Part shown: positions 36,205-44,945 of the stretch, in pieces | How positions within the stretch are numbered: position 1 is the first letter of the stretch | Layout: each line of letters opens with the position of its first letter | Source of the DNA: a virus | Reading direction: 5' to 3' (one strand) | DNA: 64,000 nt | IMG/VR virus record: IMGVR_UViG_3300037225_000138 | Location: 3,416 to 67,415 of that record | Made by a program: the position numbers and the translations under genes | Notes under the pieces: generated by a model | Told to the model about the DNA's origin: nothing | The model's input: only the letters and a program-made list of their open reading frames with translations | Database searches by the model: none

Positions 36205-36845
36205 TTAAAGCACTCATCATAAATTACAATAGAATTTCACTTCCGGTGGCGATGGCAACATGGCTTTCGCAAAGGCAATGTGAGCCGATATTTGTGGACA
36301 ACAATTCCGATTATCCTCCTTTACTCGAATACTACAAGACCTGCCCATTTGAAGTGATTAAGATGGATGCTAATTATGTTCAGACGGTTATCTGGCATAA
36401 GAATATATTGTCTCAGTTAGGGATAAAAGGAAATTACATAGTCACCGACCCCGACCTTGACCTGTCAGGAGTTCCGGATGATTTTGTAGAGGTGATGGAG
36501 GAGGGACTGAGGCGCTACCCTCAGTATGACAAATGCGGTCTATCGCTTGAGATAAATGACATCCCAGATCAGGTGACTATTGATTGGGAGATGCAATTCT
36601 GGCAGCGGCCACTCGATCCGCAATATTTTCATGCCGATATTGATACTACATTTGCGTTATATAAGCATCCATATCCTTCACTCAATGCCATCAGGACAAA
36701 CAGACCATATACAGTTCGCCATGTGCCATGGTATTACATGTTGTATGATAGGCTACCTGCAGACGAGATGTATTACTACAGGACTCAATGCAAAGAGATA
36801 AAGGCACACTCTAACATACTTGATAGAAAAATATGGTTACAATAG
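36201..36845 (+). CDS. GT2-like glycosyltransferase
   Basis: IINYNR, VDNNSDYPPLLEYY, VTDPD and ADIDTTFALY motifs. Confidence 0.75.
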   Translation: MIKALIINYNRISLPVAMATWLSQRQCEPIFVDNNSDYPPLLEYYKTCPFEVIKMDANYVQTVIWHKNILSQLGIKGNYIVTDPDLDLSGVPDDFVEVMEEGLRRYPQYDKCGLSLEINDIPDQVTIDWEMQFWQRPLDPQYFHADIDTTFALYKHPYPSLNAIRTNRPYTVRHVPWYYMLYDRLPADEMYYYRTQCKEIKAHSNILDRKIWLQ

Positions 36846-37591
36846 TCATCACATACTACCAAAGACAGGCGCAGTTAAATAAAACACTGCAATCATTCAT
36901 GCAATATGATCCAAAAGATTTTAATATCGTGATTGTTGATGATGCAAGTCCTGATGAGGTTAAGATACCACATTTTACAGACTTTAAGATTGATGTCATT
37001 CGTATAACAAACAAGGCATGGAAGAACGCATCAATTCCATTTAATATCGGGTTCAATAAGGCACTTGAAAAGAATCCTAATATTATCATCATCCAGAATG
37101 CGGAGAGTTGTCACATGGGTGATATCCTTGCGTATGCCAAGACCGTGACAGACGAGAATTATATTTCTTTCCCTTGTTATTCTCAGGGTAAGGGAGAAGC
37201 ACCGGGATCGGCGATGAATCATAAATGCGCCACCTTTGAAGGCGAGAGTGCTTGGTATAATCATCCTTTTCATAATCCGCGATACTATCATTTCTGTTCC
37301 GCGATAACGACAAATAATCTTATCAAGTTGAATGGATTTGATGAGAGGTTCGCAGATGGATTTGCATACGATGACGATTATTTTGTTCATCAGATAAGAT
37401 GCCTCAAACTGAGGATAGACTTACCTGGAGAACCGTTTGTTGTTCATCAATGGCATTATGATAACTTCTCAGCACCAAATGGAGGCGAACTTTGTGCAAA
37501 CAATAAAGCAGTATATGACAGATTAGTCCCTGAGAATAATTACAGAGCTCAACATCACATAACACCAGACTTGCAATGGAATCAGAAATAG
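36833..37591 (+). CDS. GT2 glycosyltransferase with a GT7-C-like region
   Basis: IVITYYQR, IVIVDDAS, LNGFDERF..G.AYDD and VVHQWH motifs. Confidence 0.85.
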   Translation: MVTIVITYYQRQAQLNKTLQSFMQYDPKDFNIVIVDDASPDEVKIPHFTDFKIDVIRITNKAWKNASIPFNIGFNKALEKNPNIIIIQNAESCHMGDILAYAKTVTDENYISFPCYSQGKGEAPGSAMNHKCATFEGESAWYNHPFHNPRYYHFCSAITTNNLIKLNGFDERFADGFAYDDDYFVHQIRCLKLRIDLPGEPFVVHQWHYDNFSAPNGGELCANNKAVYDRLVPENNYRAQHHITPDLQWNQK

Positions 37592-38832
37592 TAATAATCG
37601 GTGCCGGAGTTACCGGACTTGCTGCAGGAATGTTATTGCAGGATAAGGCTGTTATCTTGGAGAAGGATGACCGGCCGGGAGGCATTGTGAAGTCATTTCA
37701 ATTTGATGATGGTTATTGGTTCGATAATGTAGTTCATCTGTTTCACATCAGGAATGAGAATACGTTTGATTGGGCCCATGCTTTATTGGGTGACGTACTC
37801 AGGCCGTGTCCTCCGGTTGGATATGTGGAGACAAAGGAGGGTATGACGCGCTATCCTATTCAATCGAATATTAATCAACTGAACGAGGCTGCAGCAGAAG
37901 CATGTTGGGCAGGACTACAAGACGCACATCCAAACAGACAATCATCTTCATATAGAGAGTTCTTGTTAAATACTTTTGGGCAGGCACTTTGCGACATTTT
38001 CTTTTTCCCCTACAATGAGAAGTGTTGGAAATATCCTTTGGGCGATATGACAAGCGAAGGTCAGACATGGAATATCAATAAACCCTTTGATGCAGGAAAG
38101 ACTTATAATGCTGAAGGCTATTATCCCATGCCACACAAGCGGGCCCCATTTAGAGGCATGGAGATATTACCAAGGGAGATGGCAAAGAAAGTATCCCGAT
38201 TAGAATTAGATTGTGAAGTGACTTCTATTGACATGCAAAAACACGAAGTTCGTACAAGTGAAGGATTGTTCCGCTATGATTTAGAATGCCTGTCAACGAT
38301 CCCTTTACCCTATCTGGCTCAATTATGTGATATTCCAAGGAGTCTTAAAAGCGACATCAGTAAGCTAAGATGGAATAAAGTGATCTCAGTAGGCATAACC
38401 ATACAGGGCGAGAGGCCAAGGAACACAGGACACTGGCATTATTATGCACAACCGGAATTTCCTTTTTCAAAACTAATATACATGACGGAGTTCGATGAGT
38501 ATAATGCTCCGGCTGATGGATTCGGCATATTGGCCGAGATACCCGAGATGGCAAATGACCGTTCATTCTCCGTACAGCGATTACTACCCTCATTACAGAA
38601 ACTTAATATCCTCAATAGTAAAAACAGATTATTGGGCATGCATGTATGGGAGGTAAATCCGGCTTATGTGGTGTTCACAAAAGAAACACCATCCATTGTG
38701 GATAACTGCATCGAATATTTTGATAAATTTGGCATCAGGTTACTTGGCAGATATGGTAACTGGGAATATTCATCCATGGCAGAGAACATAGAGTCAGGAT
38801 TCAATTACGCATCAAAAATTATAAAGAGATGA
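37576..38832 (+). CDS. FAD-dependent oxidoreductase, UDP-galactopyranose-mutase-like
   Basis: IIGAGVTG...LEK...PGG, FFFPYNEKCW, STIPL and GRYGNWEY motifs. Confidence 0.75.
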   Translation: MESEIVIIGAGVTGLAAGMLLQDKAVILEKDDRPGGIVKSFQFDDGYWFDNVVHLFHIRNENTFDWAHALLGDVLRPCPPVGYVETKEGMTRYPIQSNINQLNEAAAEACWAGLQDAHPNRQSSSYREFLLNTFGQALCDIFFFPYNEKCWKYPLGDMTSEGQTWNINKPFDAGKTYNAEGYYPMPHKRAPFRGMEILPREMAKKVSRLELDCEVTSIDMQKHEVRTSEGLFRYDLECLSTIPLPYLAQLCDIPRSLKSDISKLRWNKVISVGITIQGERPRNTGHWHYYAQPEFPFSKLIYMTEFDEYNAPADGFGILAEIPEMANDRSFSVQRLLPSLQKLNILNSKNRLLGMHVWEVNPAYVVFTKETPSIVDNCIEYFDKFGIRLLGRYGNWEYSSMAENIESGFNYASKIIKR

Positions 38833-39656
38833 TATACCTATCACCAGAGAACCGATCAGCATTCGGAGATGAGACATTCTGGGTGTGGTTTGAAAGAAAC
38901 TTTCCAAACACATCATACATACTGCCTCAATGGTATGGAGAGACTGATGTAGTTCTCCGATATTCAACCCTTGGTGCGATATTCTGCAAACCCGGAAAGT
39001 CAATAGCAATGTGTTGGGAGCTTCTACCAGAGATGAAGAAAGTCTTTGGTTTGGATGCTTGGGATGCTAAGATTCAGGCTACATTCGAGACAGCAGTAAG
39101 TTCAGATAGGATAGTTATTGCCTCTGAGTTCTCAAGGCCATATTATGAACCTTATGGCAAGGTTGATTATCTGCCTCTTGGTGTAGATACGGACTTATTC
39201 AGACCTTACTCAGTGGAAGAAAAATATGATCTAAGAAGAAAGTATGGAGTGCCACTAAATATGGAAGTAGGCTTCTGGTGCGGGACAACACACCCGATGA
39301 AAGGATACCAGAACCTTGTCCGGTATGCAAGGGAGAACCCGAATATCTATTGGATACTTGTATGGTACTCACCGCAAGGCGAACTGCTGCCAAACTCACA
39401 GAACCACGGGGTCGTCACTCAGCAGGTATTGTCCGAACTGATGAATTGTGCAGACTTTCAGTTAGGAGTAAGCCTTTTGAGACCCTATTACGTGGTTGAA
39501 TATGAAGGCATGGCATGTAACCTCAAACAACGTAAGATAACCGGATTGGAGAAAGATTTTGAGGGAGGTGATAATCCCAGAGATGTTATCTTTGAGAAAC
39601 AATGGGACAGGCACACCTGCAAGACACTGTATGAAAATTATATTAAAAACTTATGA
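38829..39656 (+). CDS. GT4 (GT-B)-like glycosyltransferase
   Basis: PLGVDTDLFRP, HPMKG, LMNCAD and VEYEGMACN motifs. Confidence 0.75.
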   Translation: MIYLSPENRSAFGDETFWVWFERNFPNTSYILPQWYGETDVVLRYSTLGAIFCKPGKSIAMCWELLPEMKKVFGLDAWDAKIQATFETAVSSDRIVIASEFSRPYYEPYGKVDYLPLGVDTDLFRPYSVEEKYDLRRKYGVPLNMEVGFWCGTTHPMKGYQNLVRYARENPNIYWILVWYSPQGELLPNSQNHGVVTQQVLSELMNCADFQLGVSLLRPYYVVEYEGMACNLKQRKITGLEKDFEGGDNPRDVIFEKQWDRHTCKTLYENYIKNL

Positions 39657-40126
39657 ATCTTAATCTAGGAAGCGGAGAACGCAACAGGGAAGGCTACGTC
39701 AATATTGATGCAGTCAAACGGACAGAGGAAACAATTGTCGGAGATATTCTTCATTTAGAATATGCCGATGGCTCTATTGATAAGATATTCAGTGAGCATG
39801 TTATTGAACATTTTAATCGGGTAGATTTGGATAGATTTTTCAGCGAGTGTCGCAGGATGCTGAAGCAAGGAGGCGAGATAGAATTTATTGCACCTTGTAT
39901 TAAAACATGGATACAGAGATATGTGCGTGGTGAGATAGATATAGTTCATCTGGACTTATTTCTCTATGGCCCTCAATTACACCCATACGATTTTCATAGG
40001 GGAGGTATTTTTAATGAGATGCTGGAATATCTTTGTAACAGGCATGGATTTGAGATTGTGGAGTTGCATTATCAGGACAGAATACATAGCGTGTGGGAGG
40101 TTTATCTGAGAGCAATTAAAAAATAA
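39653..40126 (+). CDS. Class I SAM-dependent methyltransferase (glycan-cluster type)
   Basis: LNLGSG....GYVNID, SEHVIEH and ECRRMLKQGG motifs. Confidence 0.88.
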   Translation: MNLNLGSGERNREGYVNIDAVKRTEETIVGDILHLEYADGSIDKIFSEHVIEHFNRVDLDRFFSECRRMLKQGGEIEFIAPCIKTWIQRYVRGEIDIVHLDLFLYGPQLHPYDFHRGGIFNEMLEYLCNRHGFEIVELHYQDRIHSVWEVYLRAIKK

Positions 40127-40130
40127 AAAT

Positions 40131-41120
40131 ATGTTCACTGACAAAACCCTATTGATAACAGGAGGTACCGGTTCATTCGGGAATGCTGTTTTAAAGCGAT
40201 TTCTGACATCCGGCATTAAAGAGATTCGGATATTCAGTCGTGACGAGAAGAAGCAGGATGATATGCGCCAGGCATACAGGAACGATAAGATCAAGTATTA
40301 CATCGGGGACGTGCGGGACTATGAGAGCCTCCGTAATGCAACTAAGGGTGTTGACTTTATCTTTCATGCTGCAGCTTTGAAACAGGTACCCTCATGTGAG
40401 TTCTTCCCCATAGAGGCTGTACGGACAAATGTTTTGGGCTGTGCCAATGTGCTTAATGCAGCCATTGAGAATGGAGTGAAGAAGGTAATAGTACTAAGTA
40501 CCGACAAGGCAGTATATCCTATCAATGCCATGGGCTTAACCAAAGCCCTCAGTGAAAAGACTATGATTGCCATATCACGCGATCTGATTAATACAAACAC
40601 GGTATTCTGTGGAACAAGATATGGTAATGTCATGGGATCGAGAGGATCCGTCATACCTCTTTTTGCAGATCAGATAAAAAGCGGAAGCGAGATAACCATA
40701 ACCGATCCAAACATGACAAGGTTTATGATGTCACTTGATGATGCAGTTAATCTTGTACTCTATGCATTCCTTAATGGCAAGCAGGGAGATATATTTGTTC
40801 AGAAGTCACCGGCTGCTACAATTGAGATGATAGCAAATGCGCTCATGGTCATCCTTGATAAAAAAGTCTCAATTAAAATTATTGGAACACGTCATGGGGA
40901 GAAATTGCATGAGACACTTGTTAATAGGGAGGAGATGGTTAAGTCGGAAGACTTGGGAGAGTATTTCTGTATTCCTGCAGATAATCGTGATCTGAATTAT
41001 GGCAAATATACTCATGTAGGGGAAGCACGCATAGCACAGATGGAGGAATATACTTCCAATAACACGCACCGATTGACTCTTGAGGAGACAATAGTTCTGC
41101 TGAAAACACTCAATCTATGA
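40131..41120 (+). CDS. fnlA: UDP-GlcNAc 4,6-dehydratase/5-epimerase (FnlA/CapE/WbjB)
   Basis: TGGTGSFG, FSRDEKKQDDMR, HAAALKQVPSCEFFP, STDKAVYPINAMG, RYGNVMGSRGSVIP and C-terminal ADNRDLNY..EYTS.NT motifs. Confidence 0.93.
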   Translation: MFTDKTLLITGGTGSFGNAVLKRFLTSGIKEIRIFSRDEKKQDDMRQAYRNDKIKYYIGDVRDYESLRNATKGVDFIFHAAALKQVPSCEFFPIEAVRTNVLGCANVLNAAIENGVKKVIVLSTDKAVYPINAMGLTKALSEKTMIAISRDLINTNTVFCGTRYGNVMGSRGSVIPLFADQIKSGSEITITDPNMTRFMMSLDDAVNLVLYAFLNGKQGDIFVQKSPAATIEMIANALMVILDKKVSIKIIGTRHGEKLHETLVNREEMVKSEDLGEYFCIPADNRDLNYGKYTHVGEARIAQMEEYTSNNTHRLTLEETIVLLKTLNL

Positions 41121-41884
41121 ATGAGAAAGTTTCAATAATATGTCTCATCTACCAATCACCGGAGTATGCGGAATACCTGTATGATAACATCATGGCATAT
41201 ACACCGGAGATAGAATCAGGAGAAGCAGAGTTTTTCTTTGTTGCCAATGATGCCACGGAGGAAGTGCTGAATTTTTTAAAAGCACAGAACTATCCGCATC
41301 ATGTGAACAATAATCCTCATTATACCAATGAGGAACTATTTGCAAGAGGATATTCATTCCCGGAATATATGGCAAGGGTTTATATGGGATATAACTTTGG
41401 GATGCGTGTAGCTAAGAACCCGATACTGATGCTTGTGAGTAGTGACAACTGTTTCTCAGTAGGCTGGCTTCAGAATCTTAAAAAGAGGCTTACTATGGCA
41501 AATGTCGTTTCGCCAAGAATTGTGCAGCCGACATACACCTTTCCTAATCCCATAAATCACACGGAATGTGAAGTGATTGATTTTGGGGCAGGGATAGACA
41601 GTTTTAAGGAATGTCCCTTCACAGATTGGGCTTTTGCAAATAAGATTGATAGTGAATCTATGGGTAATGCTTTTATGCCTCTGATGATACATAAGAACAA
41701 CGCGGAGGCAATAGGCTATTATCCGGAAGGCAATCTTCATAATGGCAGTTTTCAATGGATGTTAAGGACGGGAGACACGGAGTTTTATCTGAAACTCGCA
41801 GAGAAAGGGATAAAGCATATCACATCCAATGACTCTATTGTGTATCATTTTGATCAAGGAGAGAGATTACTAAAAAAGGAATAA
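41117..41884 (+). CDS. GT2-like glycosyltransferase
   Basis: VSIICLIY, FVANDAT, YNFG....LVSSDN.F..GWL, IGYYPEG, GD.EF and IVYHF motifs. Confidence 0.7.
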   Translation: MNEKVSIICLIYQSPEYAEYLYDNIMAYTPEIESGEAEFFFVANDATEEVLNFLKAQNYPHHVNNNPHYTNEELFARGYSFPEYMARVYMGYNFGMRVAKNPILMLVSSDNCFSVGWLQNLKKRLTMANVVSPRIVQPTYTFPNPINHTECEVIDFGAGIDSFKECPFTDWAFANKIDSESMGNAFMPLMIHKNNAEAIGYYPEGNLHNGSFQWMLRTGDTEFYLKLAEKGIKHITSNDSIVYHFDQGERLLKKE

Positions 41885-41885
41885 T

Positions 41886-42680
41886 ATGAAAATATTTATC
41901 TTCGGAGCAAATGGCATGTTGGGCACATACCTACATAAGTATTTTGAAGGTTCTGTCCCCGTAACCAGGAAAGAAGTTGATGCGCTGATTATTCAGTATG
42001 AATGTTTCCATTCGCAATTAACCAACCTGGCTATAAAGAAAGGAGATGTGATAATAAATGCAACAGGGATCATCAATAAAAGAAATGAATCACCCCTGGA
42101 TTTCATAACGGTCAATGCTCTTTTCCCACGATTACTTGCAGACTATTGTGAGAAACGTGGGATTAAATTAATACATGTGTCCACAGATTGCGTGTTTGAT
42201 GGCAATAAGGGTGATTATACTGAAGATGATTTATCTGATGACACAAGTGTTTATGGCATGTCTAAGGCAGCAGGGGAGCCTCTTAACTGTACGGTGATAA
42301 GGGCGTCCATAATAGGAGAAAATAAGAATAACAGCAAAGACCTTCTTGAATGGGTAAGGACTCATCATAACACGACAATAGAAGGATGGACGAATCATCT
42401 TTGGAACGGTATCACCTGTTTACAACTTGCCAAGATATGTGAGTGGGTTATGGCAAACAACTATTTATGGAGAGGGACAAGACATTTTTTTTCTCCTTCA
42501 CCAATAAGCAAGGCCGATCTGGTGGAGATGATAAGTGATATATATGAATTGAATAATAAGATTAAAAAGATAGAGGGCCCTTCTGATTGTGACAGGACAC
42601 TGGATTCAATTTATGCCAGTGAGATTTTCATACCTGATCTGAAAACACAAATCATAGAACAGAAAAATTTTGAACTCTAA
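41886..42680 (+). CDS. RmlD-like NDP-4-keto-6-deoxyhexose reductase (QnlA/WbvR-like)
   Basis: GANGMLG, VSTDCVFDG, YGMSKAAGE (YxxxK), RASIIG and WNGITCLQLA motifs. Confidence 0.88.
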   Translation: MKIFIFGANGMLGTYLHKYFEGSVPVTRKEVDALIIQYECFHSQLTNLAIKKGDVIINATGIINKRNESPLDFITVNALFPRLLADYCEKRGIKLIHVSTDCVFDGNKGDYTEDDLSDDTSVYGMSKAAGEPLNCTVIRASIIGENKNNSKDLLEWVRTHHNTTIEGWTNHLWNGITCLQLAKICEWVMANNYLWRGTRHFFSPSPISKADLVEMISDIYELNNKIKKIEGPSDCDRTLDSIYASEIFIPDLKTQIIEQKNFEL

Positions 42681-44923
42681 TGAATCATCTCGCATTACTC
42701 AAACGCTATTACAAGGAAGTTGACCCTCAGATACTCGCACAGTATCAGGATGCGCCTAAAAGCGTATGGGTTAATACGGACGATAAAGACCTTATCCCAA
42801 TAGAGATTGATCTTCCTGAACCCCCAGAACTACATCTGATAGATAATTGGGGATTACCCGCAGAGGAACAGATGTGGCACCCTCCCAAACTGTCAAGGAA
42901 ATTAAAAGAATTACAGTCCAAATATGAAACACTGGATGAGATATGGGAGGAGTTGGAGAACAATAAAGACATTTACGGAGATGAGATTAAGTTCATCAAA
43001 CAGCAATGGGAACGCAGGCTGCATGGTTATTGGTTCTGGAATAATGGTGTCCCTACATATATGGATGGATGGCATTATTTCTATTGCGGATGGTGGAAGA
43101 TTGATACTGGATTACCAGAATATCGTGACCGGGATAGTAAGTTTTTCTTGTTTGCCAGGAAGATTTATACGGAGACCAAATATCCAAAATGTAATAAAGA
43201 GGGTTATGCGATAAAGGATTCAAAGGGTAATTATGAATGGATAGAGACAGGACACCGGCTATTTTACGGATTCAACTATCCCAAACACAGACGTGAAGGA
43301 GCAACGTATAAGGCTGAATGTATCAATTATGAGATCATAAGTCGGACGATAGGAGCATGGGGTGGTATTCAGTCCATGAATGACGTGCAAGCTCGTAAAT
43401 GCTTCTTAAAACATCTTGTGGGGCCATGGAAACAATTACCATTCTTCTTTAAGCCGAATTATGAAGGTTCTACGTCCCCGAAAACAGAATTATCATTCAC
43501 TCCTCCGGCAATAAGGCTTTCATCTAAGGGTGCACTTTCAAGTTCAGAACTAGGACTGGAATCTAAGATAGATTATGAGATGGCTGACCCGTCTGCCTAT
43601 GATGGCGATAAACTTTATTTTCACCATGACGATGAGGTGGGAAAACTGAAGAAAGGATTGGATTGCTGGACACGTCATGCGGTTGTCAGGGAGTGTCTGT
43701 CAATAGGGGGTAGTATAATAGGCTTCACAATAAAAACCTCAACGGTAGGCGAGATGGAAAAAGGTGGAGGGAAGGCATTTAAGGAACAGTGCCAGCTAAG
43801 TGATTATTATAAACGAAATCTTAATGGGCAAACAGAGTCAGGACTTGCGACATTATTCATGCCTGCTGATGAAGGGTTAGAGGAGTTTATTGATCCTTAT
43901 GGAATGAGTATTGTCGGAACACCAAACAAGAAACAGGCAGAGTTCATTAAAAGGAAAATAGGAGCAAGAGAATATCTCTTAAATGAGAGGGCGAGTCTTG
44001 TGAATGATCAGAATAAACTATCTGAGAGGATAAGATTATTCCCCCTAAAATTTACCGAATGTTTCAGGACCTCATCTAAGTCATCAGGGTTTAATATGAA
44101 TAAGTTGGAGACTTATATTGACAATTTAAGGCTATCAAAACAGGCAATAGTTCGAGGGAATTTTGTCTGGGCAGATGGCAAGCGCGATACTAAAGTAGAG
44201 TTTAAAGAAAATCCACAGGGCAAATTTTTAGTAAGCCATCAATTGAATGTTAATGAATCGAACCTCAAGTTTTGGGATGAAAGCGAGGAATCATGGATGC
44301 CGGGTAACTCTCATTGGGGATGTGCAGGAGGAGACCCGTTTAAATTCAATATTGTCAAAAGCAATAGAAAATCTAACGGAGGTGGTGCAGTAGTGCGCAA
44401 GGGGAAGATTAAGGATGGCGATTTCACGATGAAGCGTAAGTTTGTCTGTACTTATAATTTCAGAACCTATGATAAGGATATTTACGCAGAGGACATGCTT
44501 GTGATGTGTGTCTATTATGGAGTGCAGATGTTTCCCGAGATAAACGTACCCCTACTTTGGGATTACTTCATAAAAAGGAGATATGGAGGATTCTTGAGAT
44601 ATAGAGTTGACCCGAGAACCTTTGAATTTAGCAAGACCCCTGGCGAACAAACAGGAGAGAAGATCAAACAGTCTATCTTTACGGAATGGGATTCATGGAT
44701 TGAGAACGAGGCTGATCAGGAGACGCATATTGAGGTATTGGAGGAGTGTAGGGATATTGACGGACCGGAAGACATGACTAATTATGACCTATTTACAGCA
44801 GGCGGCTATGCCCTTCTTGGGACGCTCGACATCTATGATGAGGTGGAGATTCTGAACGAGAAGGAGTACACCCTTGATAATTATTTGAGTAAAAAAACAT
44901 ATAGTCCCGTAAAAAATTATTAA
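42680..44923 (+). CDS. terL: Terminase large subunit (crAss-like/Bacteroidota podovirus type)
   Basis: PEYRDRD, KHRREGAT (variant Walker A), DDEVGK (Walker B), nuclease GGDPF, EIN and YD motifs. Confidence 0.88.
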   Translation: MNHLALLKRYYKEVDPQILAQYQDAPKSVWVNTDDKDLIPIEIDLPEPPELHLIDNWGLPAEEQMWHPPKLSRKLKELQSKYETLDEIWEELENNKDIYGDEIKFIKQQWERRLHGYWFWNNGVPTYMDGWHYFYCGWWKIDTGLPEYRDRDSKFFLFARKIYTETKYPKCNKEGYAIKDSKGNYEWIETGHRLFYGFNYPKHRREGATYKAECINYEIISRTIGAWGGIQSMNDVQARKCFLKHLVGPWKQLPFFFKPNYEGSTSPKTELSFTPPAIRLSSKGALSSSELGLESKIDYEMADPSAYDGDKLYFHHDDEVGKLKKGLDCWTRHAVVRECLSIGGSIIGFTIKTSTVGEMEKGGGKAFKEQCQLSDYYKRNLNGQTESGLATLFMPADEGLEEFIDPYGMSIVGTPNKKQAEFIKRKIGAREYLLNERASLVNDQNKLSERIRLFPLKFTECFRTSSKSSGFNMNKLETYIDNLRLSKQAIVRGNFVWADGKRDTKVEFKENPQGKFLVSHQLNVNESNLKFWDESEESWMPGNSHWGCAGGDPFKFNIVKSNRKSNGGGAVVRKGKIKDGDFTMKRKFVCTYNFRTYDKDIYAEDMLVMCVYYGVQMFPEINVPLLWDYFIKRRYGGFLRYRVDPRTFEFSKTPGEQTGEKIKQSIFTEWDSWIENEADQETHIEVLEECRDIDGPEDMTNYDLFTAGGYALLGTLDIYDEVEILNEKEYTLDNYLSKKTYSPVKNY

Positions 44924-44945
44924 CTTTGAATCAAATTTCAGCAAA

